Source: Batkoa obscura (lineage: Eukaryota). Taken from it: a stretch of 64,000 bases of DNA. Under the pieces are notes generated by a model. That model saw only the letters and a list, made by a program, of their open reading frames with translations, was not told the DNA's origin and searched no databases. Shown here piece after piece: positions 49,064 to 63,908 of this stretch. The stretch is taken from assembly GCA_030770535.1 (NCBI GenBank), contig JASVEC010000001.1, positions 372,001 to 436,000 of the forward strand, in the 5' to 3' direction. The translations under genes were made by a program, and so were the position numbers. The first letter of the stretch is position 1. Every line of letters starts with the position of its first letter.

Positions 49064-49574
49064 ATGCCACAATCCCCCGAAACTCAAGTTCAAACTTCAG
49101 AGCCAAAAAATCAAGGCTCTAATACAGTAACTATAACTGAAACTGTAACTCCTGTGGACTCAGCTCAAGATACTGTACGTTTAACAGTGGAAGGAGAAGC
49201 TGGAGAAAGTAGGGGTCCAAGAGTAAGATGGGACAGTGAAGTGATTGATAATGAAGGGATGAATAAAAAGAAGTCAAAAGGTAAGTTTAGCATTTCATTT
49301 ATTTATTTTATCAGAATATAAGTTTTATGAAATAATTTTTAACATTCCATTTTTATAGTATGTTGTATCTTTAAAAAAGAACGGGCAGTAGGAGAAAGTT
49401 CATCAGAGGATGAGAGTTCCTCAGGAGAGGAACATGAGTATCAGGGGAATAGAATAGGCTCTCCAAATAATTATGAAAGGGTTGGAAAAAGGAAAGGTAA
49501 AATTATTTAGTTAAATTCAATTTTATAGTGCTAATGTTTACTTAGCACACTCGCATAATTGTAAAAAGAGATAA
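49064..49574 (+). CDS. YPI1: Protein phosphatase 1 inhibitor-3 (Ypi1/PPP1R11), 3 exons
   Basis: RVRWDSEVIDNEGMNKKKSK|VCCIFKK across intron, acidic SSSEDE stretch, PNNYER; last exon inferred. Confidence 0.9.
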
Positions 49575-49850
49575 AGAAAAGATTGGAGTTTAAAATATAT
49601 GTCAAAGTTTATCCGTGGTTTATAATTAAACGTTTCAAAAAAGCATTAAAGTTTGATCAAGAGGCGGCCATGATTATTAAATAGAAATGTATCACCAACT
49701 TAAATCCACTTTGTTTCTAATAAAATAGTTCACATTAAATTCTATCATGCTATTAAACTTGTAAAAATGTATTGATTTTAACATGAATTTTAAAGAAATG
49801 TAAAATTTTATTTCAGTAGATTTACAGATTAAGTTAAAAAGCAATTTAAA

Positions 49851-51342
49851 TTAAGCAAACGTAAACTCTTCAAAAAGATGGCCACTCTTTTTTGATACGG
49901 GCAAAAGTTCCAACCTTTGAAAAGGTTTTGATGTAGGGTCATGATAATAGCCTAAAATTTGTTTAATATCATTATTAATAATATATAAATTATTAGAATC
50001 TACCTTCAATAAACCCATCTGATCTACGTATACATATGTAATAAAATCCAGCAATGGTTAGTCCAGATTCTTGAGCAAGTATATTTACAAAACATTTTTC
50101 TATTCTTTAATTAATATTATTAAACGGTGAACAGCTTAAAGTCTTACCTTTCCATCTCATAAATATATATTTATCCAATATTTTAGAACATGTTTCTTTA
50201 TCCTTACTAAATAAAAATTAGATTATAAACAATAAAAATGCTTTATAATAACTTACAAAGCTTGTCTTAACTCTTTAAATGCATATAACTTCTTCCAATG
50301 CTTAATATCTGTTTCTTTATCTGCTCCCCATTTACGTGTCCAAAAATCGTAATTTACAAAGTCAATTACCTAACAATTATTACTATTTAAAGTTAAAAAA
50401 ATGTGTATTTTATCTTACCTCTCCTTCCCAATAAGTGACTACTGTTGATGACGTAACTGGTGTATTTAATGCTTCCATCAATCCAACCACCGCTCCTGTA
50501 TTATGGTCTACTGAATTTATAGCCTTGTCAATAAAAACATTAATATTTTTATACTTACTAAATTTATTTATTACCACTTTAACTTCCCAATGTTCTTTAT
50601 CACCAAAATCTCTTCGATTTGAATAGTGATTCTGGGTACCTTCAAAGCACTGTCCAGCACTTAAAAAAGATAATGGATCACACTTCCAGTTATTTAAACT
50701 TAATGATATGCTATTTAATATCATTTCTGTTGTACTCTCTCTTAACTTAGAGCTAATTGATTTTTCGTATGTCCTACTTGGATTAGATTGAACTGAATCT
50801 TCGCGACTATTTCGAAAAAATGAGGTTAAAGTTTCTCTTAATATCTCTTGTTCATGGCCATTAAGCTGTCCAAGCTCCCAACTTTGGTTTGATAAATCTT
50901 CAGATAAATCTTCTTCTTCTTCACTGTTATCTGTTGATTCTTCCTCCCCTTCTTCTTCCTCTTCTTCACTGCAAGTTTCTTCCTCTTCTTCAACTCTTAT
51001 AGCGTCCTCATCACTGGTTGCTATATCCCCTATTTCTTCATCGTCTTCTTCATTGTCCATCTCGTCCTCTTGTGCTAAATTGGATCTTGGTACATATCGT
51101 ACCGAATCTCCTAAACCTTGACCTAAACTTTGAAACACTACTCGGTCACCTATTCTTATCCCAGCAACATCTCGGTTCTCAAACCTAAACACAATTGCGT
51201 TGGAACGTTGTAAATTACTATTTAGAATTTCGGGTTGTGAAGATCTATCGACCGAGGATTCCCTTCTTCTAGAACTTGTTCTTGAGGTTGTTATCTGAGT
51301 TAGATGGTCGGACGCAGATGTTGGATAGTCTTGGGGACGCAT
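49851..51342 (-). CDS. GID4: GID complex Pro/N-recognin Gid4/Vid24 homologue with long acidic N-terminus, multi-exon
   Basis: FEGTQ, WEVKVVI, GLMEALN, TYWEGE|VIDFVNYDFWT.KW.A...D..HW, YIFMRWKE, SGLTIAGFYY, YYHDPTSKPFQRLEL. Confidence 0.9.
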
Positions 51343-52237
51343 ATTTGAACTTTAATAAATACTATACAGGAAAGAATAAAATTGAATAAAAATAAATTGA
51401 TTAATAAAAGTTCTAAACTTTAGTTGTTTCAATCAAAGGTTCAGGGCTGTGCGAATTGAATCATGGTACTTAATCTGTTCAAATTTTTAACTGTATTTGG
51501 TTGATTATTGGAGCTTATTAACAAAAATGACCTCATATTTTTTCCTAGTGTTAAAGCCCTTTTTCACTTAAATGCTTTTTTTTAGAATTCTGCTTTTTTT
51601 TCAGCCTAATTATTGCTTGAAATTATTCTTCGTTTAGTTGCTTAGCTTAACCACAGATTTTAAATATCAGTTTATTAACTTTTAAATTTAAATTTCAGTG
51701 TTTTTAATTTATTACTAGTGTTTTAATTGATATGATTCTAGTTATTTTACAAAATTTATAAAAATAACAGTCACTTTGAATCTTTATTTTTTAAATTATT
51801 ATAGATTGTTCTTTTATTTGCTGTTTTTTTATATTTAATAATCCTCTTTGATCAAATTTGATTAAACAAGCAGAAATAGAAAGTGCAAAAAAAAAATACA
51901 TCAGATAAGTAATATAAAGATAAAAATTTGTTTACAAAGTTATAATTTGTTAATATACAACCAAGTTGAATAAAAACTTCTCATTTTAAAAATAATTTTG
52001 AATGATTTTATTAAAATGGCGCCAACATTTTCCCAGAAATAAGGTTAACCAATAGGCGGATTAATAGTTAGAAGAACAACACTGATAATTGGTTGGCCCT
52101 TTAGTAGGAACTTCACCTTATGACCCAATTTCTCTAATCTCAAAAATTCAAAATATCAATTTGATACGAGTGAGAAAAAAAAGTATATAAAGAACTCCTC
52201 CATCCCCACTTCTAAAAAAAGCTTTATTCCTATAATA

Positions 52238-53010
52238 ATGTTATACAACAAACTAATCCTCCTAATAACACTGACAATCTCAATCATACATTGCACTTCA
52301 AATAACAGTGCTACAACCATTATCAACAGGCACTTAAATAACACTAACAACAACCTATTAAATCGAAGAAGGTTCCAAAACGAACTTAAAAATAAATTAA
52401 AGATCCCAAACAAGTCCGATGATTCTTTGCCCAAGGCAGTAGATGGTGTTGAGTTGACTGACCCAACATCACAAATACAAAATACTTTTACCACTTGGGA
52501 CATCAATGGCCGTCCTATTGTAACGACAAAAGCAGTGGTTCCATCCGAGTCAGCTCTTATCACTTGGGATCAACTTGGGAGGCCAGTAACCATTACTAAA
52601 GATAAAGCTGCAGTTACTCGTACCAGTACCAGTGAAAGTACTTTAGATCCAACATTAACATCTACTTCAAAGAAAGTAGATAAGGGTAAACTTTATTATC
52701 ACATTATTTCAGTGTTAAAATTAACTCAAATATAAATTTAGGTCTAATGACCTCCAGTACTCCAAAGGCAACCGCTCCCTTAGGTAGCCCAATGGGTTCA
52801 GAATGGTCCAAAACGAGAAGTAAGTTTAGCAGACGGTTACCAATTCCATCAGATACAAGGGGGTCGTTATATACTGTTTCTAATCAAGCTAAAGAAGCAT
52901 CTGCCGATGATGGTTCTGTGACAGATTCTAGTTCCGCTAGTGCTTTGAGTGTGCCTAATGTGACTATTTTCACCATTTGCTTTATTATGAGATGGATGTT
53001 GTTAGATTAA
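52238..53010 (+). CDS. Secreted Ser/Thr-rich protein, possibly GPI-anchored (2 exons)
   Basis: Signal peptide, S/T-rich body, SSASAL followed by hydrophobic C-terminus; GT-AG intron ~52686-52742. Confidence 0.7.
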
Positions 53011-54106
53011 AAAGAATTGATGGAAGGGGATATGGGAGACAATGTATACTAGAGTATTTTAATTAATAAATGCAATCGACTTTTAATATTAGCTTTGGGA
53101 TATTGAGATTATTGATTATTGATTGTTGTCATGATTTAGTAGAAACCATTTATTATTTTTTGCAAAATTTTGAAAGAGAAAACTCACAAATGTTTTATTA
53201 TTGGTAGAAGTTTAAGTTTTATGATTAATTAACATATAAAGGGAAATAAGTGAAAGGGAATAGGTAAATAAGGATGTAGGACTACGGGAAAGGCGGAAAA
53301 GCAGGTAGCTCAGATTGGTCTAAACTATTAATTTGATTTTTTTTAAACTTAAAATATTTTAAAACAGTTTCAAGAATAATTGCAACAAATTAAAGGATTT
53401 GAAACAAATATTTAAAGCTTAATTTTATAAAATGAAATCAATTTTTTAAATAACTTTTAGTAAATGCTTGTTAATATTTTATAGTAACATTGATAAATAT
53501 TTTGAAATAAAACAACATAGTCTGCCGAAAATCAACGAAGTTCTTGATACTAACAAAAGCTATATTCAATTGCATTAAAACGGCACTAGCATACAACTAG
53601 AAGCTCCCCTATTCAAGTTGATGTTTCAAATTCATTTTTTTGTTTACCAAATTTATGCATAGTCGCGAAAAAATGGCATAAAAAAGTAAAATGTTTCTAA
53701 TGGATTTTATTCACCTGGTGAAATTAGTTAAGAAGAATAAAACAACTCTTAATTTTTTTGCATAATTTCAATGCAAGCATTTTAAAATAACTAAGGCTTT
53801 ACAAAACGACAACTGATAAACTGGGAATTGGGTAATGGAGGTGAGATTTAGCTATTAAGGAACCGGATTAAGTAATTGCTAACCTGGTATGACGAATGAA
53901 AAATTCGATTTTATAATTTTTTCGGTTTTTTTTAATGAATAAAAAATTTCAGAGGATAAATAAAATAAAGCACAGATATTTTAAAAAGCATAAACTTTAA
54001 TACAAATAAAGAATAAAATGCCTAGTATATAAATGAGACTGGAGGTAGAAAAAGAAGAAATAAAAAGAAGAAATAAAATAATTATAATAACAATACTATT
54101 ATAAAA

Positions 54107-55237
54107 ATGTTGAATTTCGCCATAGTTTTAGTTCAATTACTTTATGTAACTGGTAACAATGAATGTTTCTATCACGACGATAAGGTATATTCAGTCAACA
54201 AAGATGGTATTGACAGTTATGAGATAAACAATAATGGCCCATGGAATCAAGTCAAATCAATCGACAATATTCAATCTTTTACTTTAAACAATAATAATAA
54301 TCAATTATTATTTATTAATGATAAATTGAATAGTATGGATCTTAATAATTATGATGTTAAGGAACTTTCGAGTGTTCCTACTAATAACCTGGTGTTGAGT
54401 ATGGATGAAGCTAATTCTATCCTATATGCTAAGAGTAACAGTAATAACACTCTATACGACTATAAATTGAGAACCAAAGAGTTTAATGTATTAAATGAAA
54501 ATAAGGATGCTTCAACTGGAGGATTTCAATATTATAATAATCAATTAGTTGTATTGGGCGGAATTGAACAAACGCTGAATGAAATTCAAATCTACGATAT
54601 TACAAGTAAACAATGGAAAAACCAAAAGATTCAAGGGGATTTACCATCATCACGTAAAGATTATGATCTTCAAGTAATTGATGACAAATTGTATTTAATT
54701 GGTGGAAAAAATTTCAATAATCAAATAATTACTAACAAGTTATGGGTATTAGACTTAAAAGAATATACTTGGTCTTCAATTTCTTTGAATTCTATTAATC
54801 AATTATTTAATAATAATCAAATTAAATGTCAACTAATTGTTAATAATGAATTTTATACTATCTCCAACAATAACCAAGCTATTAAATTAAATTTACAACA
54901 AAACAGTAATCGAAGTTATTTAACAAACGACAGTATCATTATATTAAACAATAATACTAACAACGGTAAACCACAGACTGATAAGACCAATTATTATACA
55001 AACAAGATTTTGATTGCTCTAGCTATTGCTTTAGGTATGAATTGTTGTACAGTTGTCACTTTCTTCTTATATATTGAATTGACAAAGAAATTGGAAAAAA
55101 TGTTACTTTCTTTTAAAAATAATAATAATCATGTTGATAATGCTTCTACCATTGAATCCATACGCTCAAGTTCTAAACCTTCATTTGAGTGGAAGGAATC
55201 TAAAGATAGCGATACTTTTAAATTGGCTATGAATTAG
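54107..55237 (+). CDS. Kelch-repeat single-pass membrane protein
   Basis: Signal peptide, LVVLGG...IQIYDI...W and LYLIGG...LWVLDL..YTW repeats, hydrophobic TM near C-terminus. Confidence 0.8.
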   Translation: MLNFAIVLVQLLYVTGNNECFYHDDKVYSVNKDGIDSYEINNNGPWNQVKSIDNIQSFTLNNNNNQLLFINDKLNSMDLNNYDVKELSSVPTNNLVLSMDEANSILYAKSNSNNTLYDYKLRTKEFNVLNENKDASTGGFQYYNNQLVVLGGIEQTLNEIQIYDITSKQWKNQKIQGDLPSSRKDYDLQVIDDKLYLIGGKNFNNQIITNKLWVLDLKEYTWSSISLNSINQLFNNNQIKCQLIVNNEFYTISNNNQAIKLNLQQNSNRSYLTNDSIIILNNNTNNGKPQTDKTNYYTNKILIALAIALGMNCCTVVTFFLYIELTKKLEKMLLSFKNNNNHVDNASTIESIRSSSKPSFEWKESKDSDTFKLAMN

Positions 55238-55587
55238 TTATTATTTATCTTTTCTATTATTTATATCATTTATATCATTTTTAATAAAAAATAAACAAAT
55301 TCTTGTTTTAATCAAGTTTATAGTCATTATCCACTGTTTATTGTACTATTAGGCTAAATTCAATATTCAAAGATATAACTAGAGTGTCTACTACAAATGA
55401 AACGTATAAGTTTATTGCTCTGTTTTTATTATCTATAAAATACTTCAAAGAGTATAAATATTAAAAAAAAAACGGTATATAAAACACAAGCACTTCGATT
55501 TAAATAACATTTGCAAATAAACTTTAGCTTCATTTATAAAATTAGTGTATTCAGTCAAGTATAGTTTACTCGTTTAAGATGAACTTT

Positions 55588-55747
55588 AACTTGCTGAGGG
55601 ATTCGAACCCGTATTTTAGGAAGATGCTTCCTAATTTTATATTTATGGCCTACCAAGTCAACTCTTTTTCAAGATAGCTGAGTATGATTGGGCCAAATGC
55701 CAAATTTTAAAAAGGGCCTGTATACTAACCAGTTGCACTAAGCAAGC
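55588..55747 (-). pseudogene. Interrupted tRNA-like sequence (pseudo-tRNA or unusual tRNA-like RNA)
   Basis: 5' GCTTGCT pairs with 3' AGCAAGT; A-box/D-arm TAGTGCAACTGGTTAGTAT; B-box GGTTCGAATCC; ~85 nt excess in the middle and no clean anticodon arm. Confidence 0.5.
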
Positions 55748-56057
55748 AATGTTTTGCTGGGATAGATTTGAACTATTTGACTAAATTTTGTTAGATTTTT
55801 CATAAGTCAATGAAATGGCAACTATCAAAAGTAAGGAGATAGAAATAAAAATAAAAAAAGCTGCTCTCAAATGAAGGTCAACCAGTTTAATAAGATTTAA
55901 ATTTCATTTAAAATCCTATTCAAGGAAAATAATCGCACTGAATTTGACACCTCAGTAAAAAAACTTAGCTCAAGAAAAAAATTGGTGGCTTCAAGAAATT
56001 TCAAACTTTAATTCCAAAAAACTCATTTTCTTTATCTTTAATCAATATTCAAATAAA

Positions 56058-57595
56058 ATGGATTTTTCATCCAGTACAACTACCGAATCACCCGCATGTC
56101 CATTATGTCAAAAATCATTCAACTTATTTCGTTCAAAAAATCATTGCAATTTATGTAATCAAGACTTTTGTTCTTCTTGTCGACATAAGACGAATTTTTT
56201 AATAAGTCAATTAAATTCAAAATCTGCTTGTAAAGTTTGTGCTATTGTTTGTTTAGGTAAGATATTAACTTTTAATGTATAATTTGTATCTAAACAATAG
56301 CCAACATTTTCCTTCTTTAGTACCTCAATTAGATTCTACTCAAATCACCAAATTACCTATCAAATTAAGCATGGGGATCCTTAAAGCATACAACTTACCA
56401 AAGAACCAATTTTTAGAACGAAAAGACATAGTACTAGCAATTATAAATAAAACGAAATTTACACAAGATACTATAAGATTATATAGAAATAATTGGAATG
56501 CTATTGAAAAGGAAATTATTGTTTGGAAAAATTTACTACCTCAGATAAGTAATGCATTGGAAAGTGGGTTTAAAGAGAGTGGAAGTGGAAATGGGAATGT
56601 GAGAGTGGAAAGGAATAGCAACGGGAATGGCAATATTGGGAATACGAGTACGAGTGGGAGTAATAATCAACAAAATTCATCAACTGAGATGCCTTCCTTT
56701 GGCTTAGATGGCTTATCTGAAATGTTCAATGGTTTACCATTTGGCAATAATAATAATAATAATAATAATAATACAAATCAAACACAACAAAATACTAATT
56801 ACAATCATAATACAAATAATAACACAGTGAATTTTAATCCCATTCAAGATTTTTTTCATGGTTTAAATACAACTTTTAATGGTAATGATAATAATCAACA
56901 ACAGCAAGCTCAATATACTCCTAGTACTACGCAAACAAATGCTAGTTACAATACCCGTCCAACTACGAGTAATAATACACAATCAGCAGCTGGGAACGAT
57001 TTAAATCAACAAAATAATACTCAACCAAGGCCACAACCAGATAGTACTAATATTAATATAAATCGTCAAATGAGCCATCCATCATCATCACAAAATAAAG
57101 AAACAGTAAATACAAGTAAGTGGTATTTTATTATTTATAATAATTTAAAACTAATATAATAATACATTAGAACAAATTTTAAAAGATTTAATTAAATCAG
57201 AAGATTATGAAGATAAAGTGAAAAAATTGCCTGTTAAACAATTAAAACAAATATTAAAAGAGAATTTAATTAATTTTGAGATGATATTAGAAAAGAAGGA
57301 ATTAATTAATAAAGTCAATTACTTGATCCATTCTACAAAACAAGAATCTATTCAAAACGTCACTAACAATGAAATTGCCAACCCTGAATTAGAAGAACAT
57401 GGATTAGAAGATAATTTTTTATCGGATGAAAATTTATGCAAAATATGTTATGAAAATTCCATTAATTGTGTACTATTAAATTGTGGTCATTCAATTGCAT
57501 GTGTTGAATGTGGTAAAGAATTATTAAAAAATTTATTACCTTGTCCAATTTGTAGAGCAGATATATCAAAAGTTATTCGAATTTATAAATCTTAA
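56058..57595 (+). CDS. FYVE-like plus C-terminal RING E3 ligase (RNF34/RFFL-like), 3 exons
   Basis: CPLC...RSKNHCNLCNQDFCSSC...CKVC; LPVKQLKQILKENLINFEMILEKKELI; CKICYENSINCVLLNCGHSIACVECG...CPICR. Confidence 0.85.
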
Positions 57596-57734
57596 AATTA
57601 ATATGAAGTCAACTTACTTATTATTAATTAAGATTATTGAAATGACTGAGTTTAAATTGATTAATATTAATGACAATAATTAGGAAGATGATAATAATAT
57701 GACAGTTTAATGATTTTTTGTTTTCTATTTTTTA

Positions 57735-59249
57735 TTATACCATTTTTTCAGCTAATTTAGATTCATCGATTTGACCTTTAATTACATAATTTAAGTTGGA
57801 ATTCGTTACAGGTGGGGAACTAGAATATGTTTTCCTTCTAATTAAATAAAGAAATATTAATATCAGTGAATCACATCTTATTATTTTACTCAATAATATT
57901 AATACTCAACTTACTTTTCCATTGAACCTCTTGATGGCCAAGTTGGAAACATACTTGGATCCTTTGGTGTTGGAGCTTCTCTATTATTGTTTTATAATTA
58001 AAAATTATTGCTAATATACATATCGTTATTATTATTATCAAATTTACTTAAAATAAGGGTGATTTAAAGCTTCTTCAGCAGTGATACGTTGTTCTGGATC
58101 GTAATATAATAAACAATTTAACAAATCCATTCCATTTTTAGTTAGATATTGGAATTTGCTACGTAATTGATTATAACTAAATAAAATAGACATGTTAATA
58201 AAGATAAATACGAATACATCATATTTTATGTTATATAGTGATATTTGATAATTCTAACTTACGGATATTTTTTAAATTGAAATTTTTGAGCATATGGTAA
58301 ATTCATATAATTGGGCCAATTATCTCGAGTTGGTGAACCTAATAGTTTAAAAATCTATAATATTTGTATTAACAATTACCTCAATAAAATAATAGTAATA
58401 GCAAATTATACTATATTGAATAATATTAAATAATTACTTACTCTACCAATTTGATCAATTTCTCCTTCACCTGGAAATAAAGGTTCATTTAATATTAATT
58501 CGGCAAAAATACAACCGATGGACCACATATCAATAGCTTTTGTGTATTTTGTTTCTCCTAATAATAATTCTGGAGCTCTAATAGTAATTAAGAAATGATA
58601 ATCGATATCAATTATAATATAATATATAAAAATGAACTACACTTACCTATACCATAATGTTACTACTAATTGTGTCATTTGATTAATAGGTTCTCCATAT
58701 TTTCTGGCGAGACCAAAATCCGCAACTTTAATTTCTCCACGGTTTGATAATAATAAGTTACTAGTTTTTAAATCTCGATGTAATAACCAATTATCATGTA
58801 ATAATTTAATAGCTGACAACAATTGTAACATAATAGTTTTAACTTCGGATTGTAAAAAGGGGTTAGGCATATCTTTCATCAATGCTTTTAAATCATGTTC
58901 AATGAAATCCATAACAATGTAGATACTATTTAATTGAAATTATATCAATTATAAACTTACTATTTTAAAAATATAACAGGACTTACTCATTCAACCTTTT
59001 ACCAACAACGATTTCTCGAACATTAACAATATTTGGATGTTTTGCAATTAATAATGCTTGTATTTCCCTTAATGAAGTTATTGGAAACCCTTGTTTTTCA
59101 TTTTCTAATTTTAACCTTTTTAAAGCTACTATATCCCCACTAGCTAGTTCTCTGGCTCTATAGACAACTCCATACGTTCCTTCATCAATTCGATTTAGTT
59201 TTTCATAATTATTGATACTTCGACAGCCACTGATAATTGGGGCATCCAT
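57735..59249 (-). CDS. CDK11: PITSLRE-type cyclin-dependent kinase (CDK11/CDK10 family), multi-exon
   Basis: [59 protein letters not shown]. Confidence 0.88.
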
Positions 59250-59376
59250 TTTGTCAAGGTATATTGATATTTAAATAATGATTAAAAAAATTCTAGTTTT
59301 TGAATTAAAATACAATCTATAAATGGTAATAAATTATCAAATTATCAAATTATCAAACTTTAAAATTAGTTAATCG

Positions 59377-59386
59377 TTGGCGCCAA
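59377..59386. promoter_or_regulatory. Palindromic E2F-like site TTGGCGCCAA in bidirectional promoter
   Basis: GC-rich palindrome in a very AT-rich 280-bp divergent intergenic region. Confidence 0.4.
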
Positions 59387-59529
59387 TAAAATTCTTGAAA
59401 TTATTTATAAAAGCGTGATTTTAATAGATTTTAAGAGAACAATAAGTGGGTTAATAAAACTCATTGAATTCAACTTAATCTTTTTTAATCTTTTTTAATC
59501 TTTTTAACCCTACAACTCCTAATAATCCA

Positions 59530-61341
59530 ATGGTGAAACTTAAAAGAGCGGAGGAAATAGGGGAATTAGAAATCTGTGCACGAACGGCACGAAATTTATC
59601 TCAAAAAGTGTTAGTAGGTAAACAAAGTCCATTTGTACAATTTAATTTAGATTCCGTTATCAAACAAACAGTAAGTGATAAGAGAGGAGGAAGAAATCCA
59701 CAATGGTCGGACACCATAATATTCCCTATATTAAAAGATCAAGATAAGATATTAGTCACTATTTATAATAGGAAATCTAAAGTACAATCGGATTATATTG
59801 GTGAGGTAAGTATTGATTTATTACCAATATTAAAAGAAGGTGAAAAAGATGCTTGGTTTCTGTTAAAAGATCGAGATGATTATGCAGGGGATGTTTATAT
59901 TGAATTTACTTATTATAAAAAAGGAGAACCAAGAGATAGAAATAAAGTTAATGTTGCTAGTATTAATGAAATTGAAGAAGGTTTATCAATATTACAACTA
60001 AAAAATATACGTCAAGATCCAAAATTAAATAGTATGGAGTTGCCTAAAGATAGATCAATTAATAAAAATACAATGTTAAATGTACCTAATAATAATAATA
60101 ATCAAGTATTACGAAAAAATACTAACTCAAGTCAACTTAGTTTTAATAGTGAAAATAATGATACCACTCCTACTTTAGCCAATGAAAATGATTTAGTAGA
60201 TATATTAGATGAAATACGTTCCTTAGTAGATTACCCCTATCAACTACCCGCCCAAGAAGCACCTTTAGGGCCTGGGGCTTTACCACCCATGCGACGTAAA
60301 CCATTACCTAAACCACCTAATTCCAACCGTAGTTCTAATAGTCAATTATTAACACCCAACAGTAACAATCTTAGTCAAAATGATTTATTATTAAATAATA
60401 ATACACAATCTCCAGTTATTATAGAACATCAATTACAACAGGAAATGGAATTTAATAATAATCATATCCCTATTTTAAATACTAATAATAATCAATATAA
60501 TGTAGCTCATTTTTATCAACGAAATAATAGCAACTCAAATTTAACTCGTACCCCATCTCCCGCTCCCTCTTCACAAATATCTGAATTGGTATTAGGTGAT
60601 GCAATGAATTATCAACGCTATCTTTCATTAACTGGAAGTAATTCAACTACCTCTTTAACCCGACGTGGTTCTTTAGATAGTATAAAAACTGGAACTACAA
60701 TGGAAGATTATTTAGATCATGATCCCACTGTGGAAATTAAATTTAACAATAGTAAAATACCATCCATAAAAAGAAGACCTTTAGAAGCACCTTCAATATT
60801 ACAATCTCAAACTTTTTATAACCAACGTATACCTTATCCAGAAGATGTACGTGGTAGACCTTTGATGTATTATCAACATCAACAACAACAACAACAATTA
60901 CTTCCACTACAACAGATGAGTGTTGCTCCTGTTCCTATTCCTTTAGTTAGTAACGATAATACTCAATTAACTAAACCCTTACCTCGATTAAGACCAATAC
61001 CTTATCCTCCGCCATCCCAACACCATACAATGATTCCTCCGCCGTCAGCACATCCATCACATCCGCATCATCATTTATCTCCTTACACTACAAATTTGCA
61101 TTATCCACAAAGACCAATGTACCATCCACCAACCATGATGGAATATCCTCCATCTAGATTTATACAACAACCTATTACTAATGGAATAGGGGAATACTCC
61201 CCTGCTCCTAGACCTATGTTTTATTCTCCAAGAGCATTACCACCACCTATTGTTTCACCTTTAATTAGACCACATGTAGCACAAAGACAATTACCTAATC
61301 CTTATACTAATCAACCTAGGAGAGGTTCACTGGTAGATTAA
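59530..61341 (+). CDS. N-terminal C2 domain protein with Pro-rich tail (Inn1/Fic1-like)
   Basis: ARNL....VGKQSPFV, DKRGGRNPQWSD, AGDVYIEFTYY; many PxxP motifs in the tail. Confidence 0.8.
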   Translation: MVKLKRAEEIGELEICARTARNLSQKVLVGKQSPFVQFNLDSVIKQTVSDKRGGRNPQWSDTIIFPILKDQDKILVTIYNRKSKVQSDYIGEVSIDLLPILKEGEKDAWFLLKDRDDYAGDVYIEFTYYKKGEPRDRNKVNVASINEIEEGLSILQLKNIRQDPKLNSMELPKDRSINKNTMLNVPNNNNNQVLRKNTNSSQLSFNSENNDTTPTLANENDLVDILDEIRSLVDYPYQLPAQEAPLGPGALPPMRRKPLPKPPNSNRSSNSQLLTPNSNNLSQNDLLLNNNTQSPVIIEHQLQQEMEFNNNHIPILNTNNNQYNVAHFYQRNNSNSNLTRTPSPAPSSQISELVLGDAMNYQRYLSLTGSNSTTSLTRRGSLDSIKTGTTMEDYLDHDPTVEIKFNNSKIPSIKRRPLEAPSILQSQTFYNQRIPYPEDVRGRPLMYYQHQQQQQQLLPLQQMSVAPVPIPLVSNDNTQLTKPLPRLRPIPYPPPSQHHTMIPPPSAHPSHPHHHLSPYTTNLHYPQRPMYHPPTMMEYPPSRFIQQPITNGIGEYSPAPRPMFYSPRALPPPIVSPLIRPHVAQRQLPNPYTNQPRRGSLVD

Positions 61342-61545
61342 TCAAGTTTAAATTTTTGAATTCTTTTGAACATTAAAGTTACTAATGTGTTTGTTTTTAT
61401 AAAATTTAAAGTATTTTTTATAAATTAATTTTTCTAAATAATAATAATAATAATAATAAAATAATTTAATAACTCATTTTAAAATAAAATTTCTTAAATT
61501 TTAATAACCTTTCAAAAACTTCTCTTTCATTTAACTCTCCTTTTT

Positions 61546-63600
<2,055 letters not shown>

Positions 63601-63908
63601 CTTTTTGCTATCAAATTTTCTTTTATCTGATTTTCTTTTTTATTCCAATATTAATAAAAAAATATTCAATTTTTATGATCTGAATTTGAGTTTGAGTTTC
63701 CAAACTAATTTTAAAGTGGCTAAATCATGAAATATTGGCACTTAAACCAAGCATTTCATTTGTCAAAAAGCACCTCAATGACTTTCAAAAATCTCCATTT
63801 TCTATTTAGTAACAAATTTCGAAATTAAAAAAACATTAAAAAACACAATAAAACCCAACAAAATACATCCAACATAATATTTTAATGATTCAATTCATCC
63901 CCCTTTTT

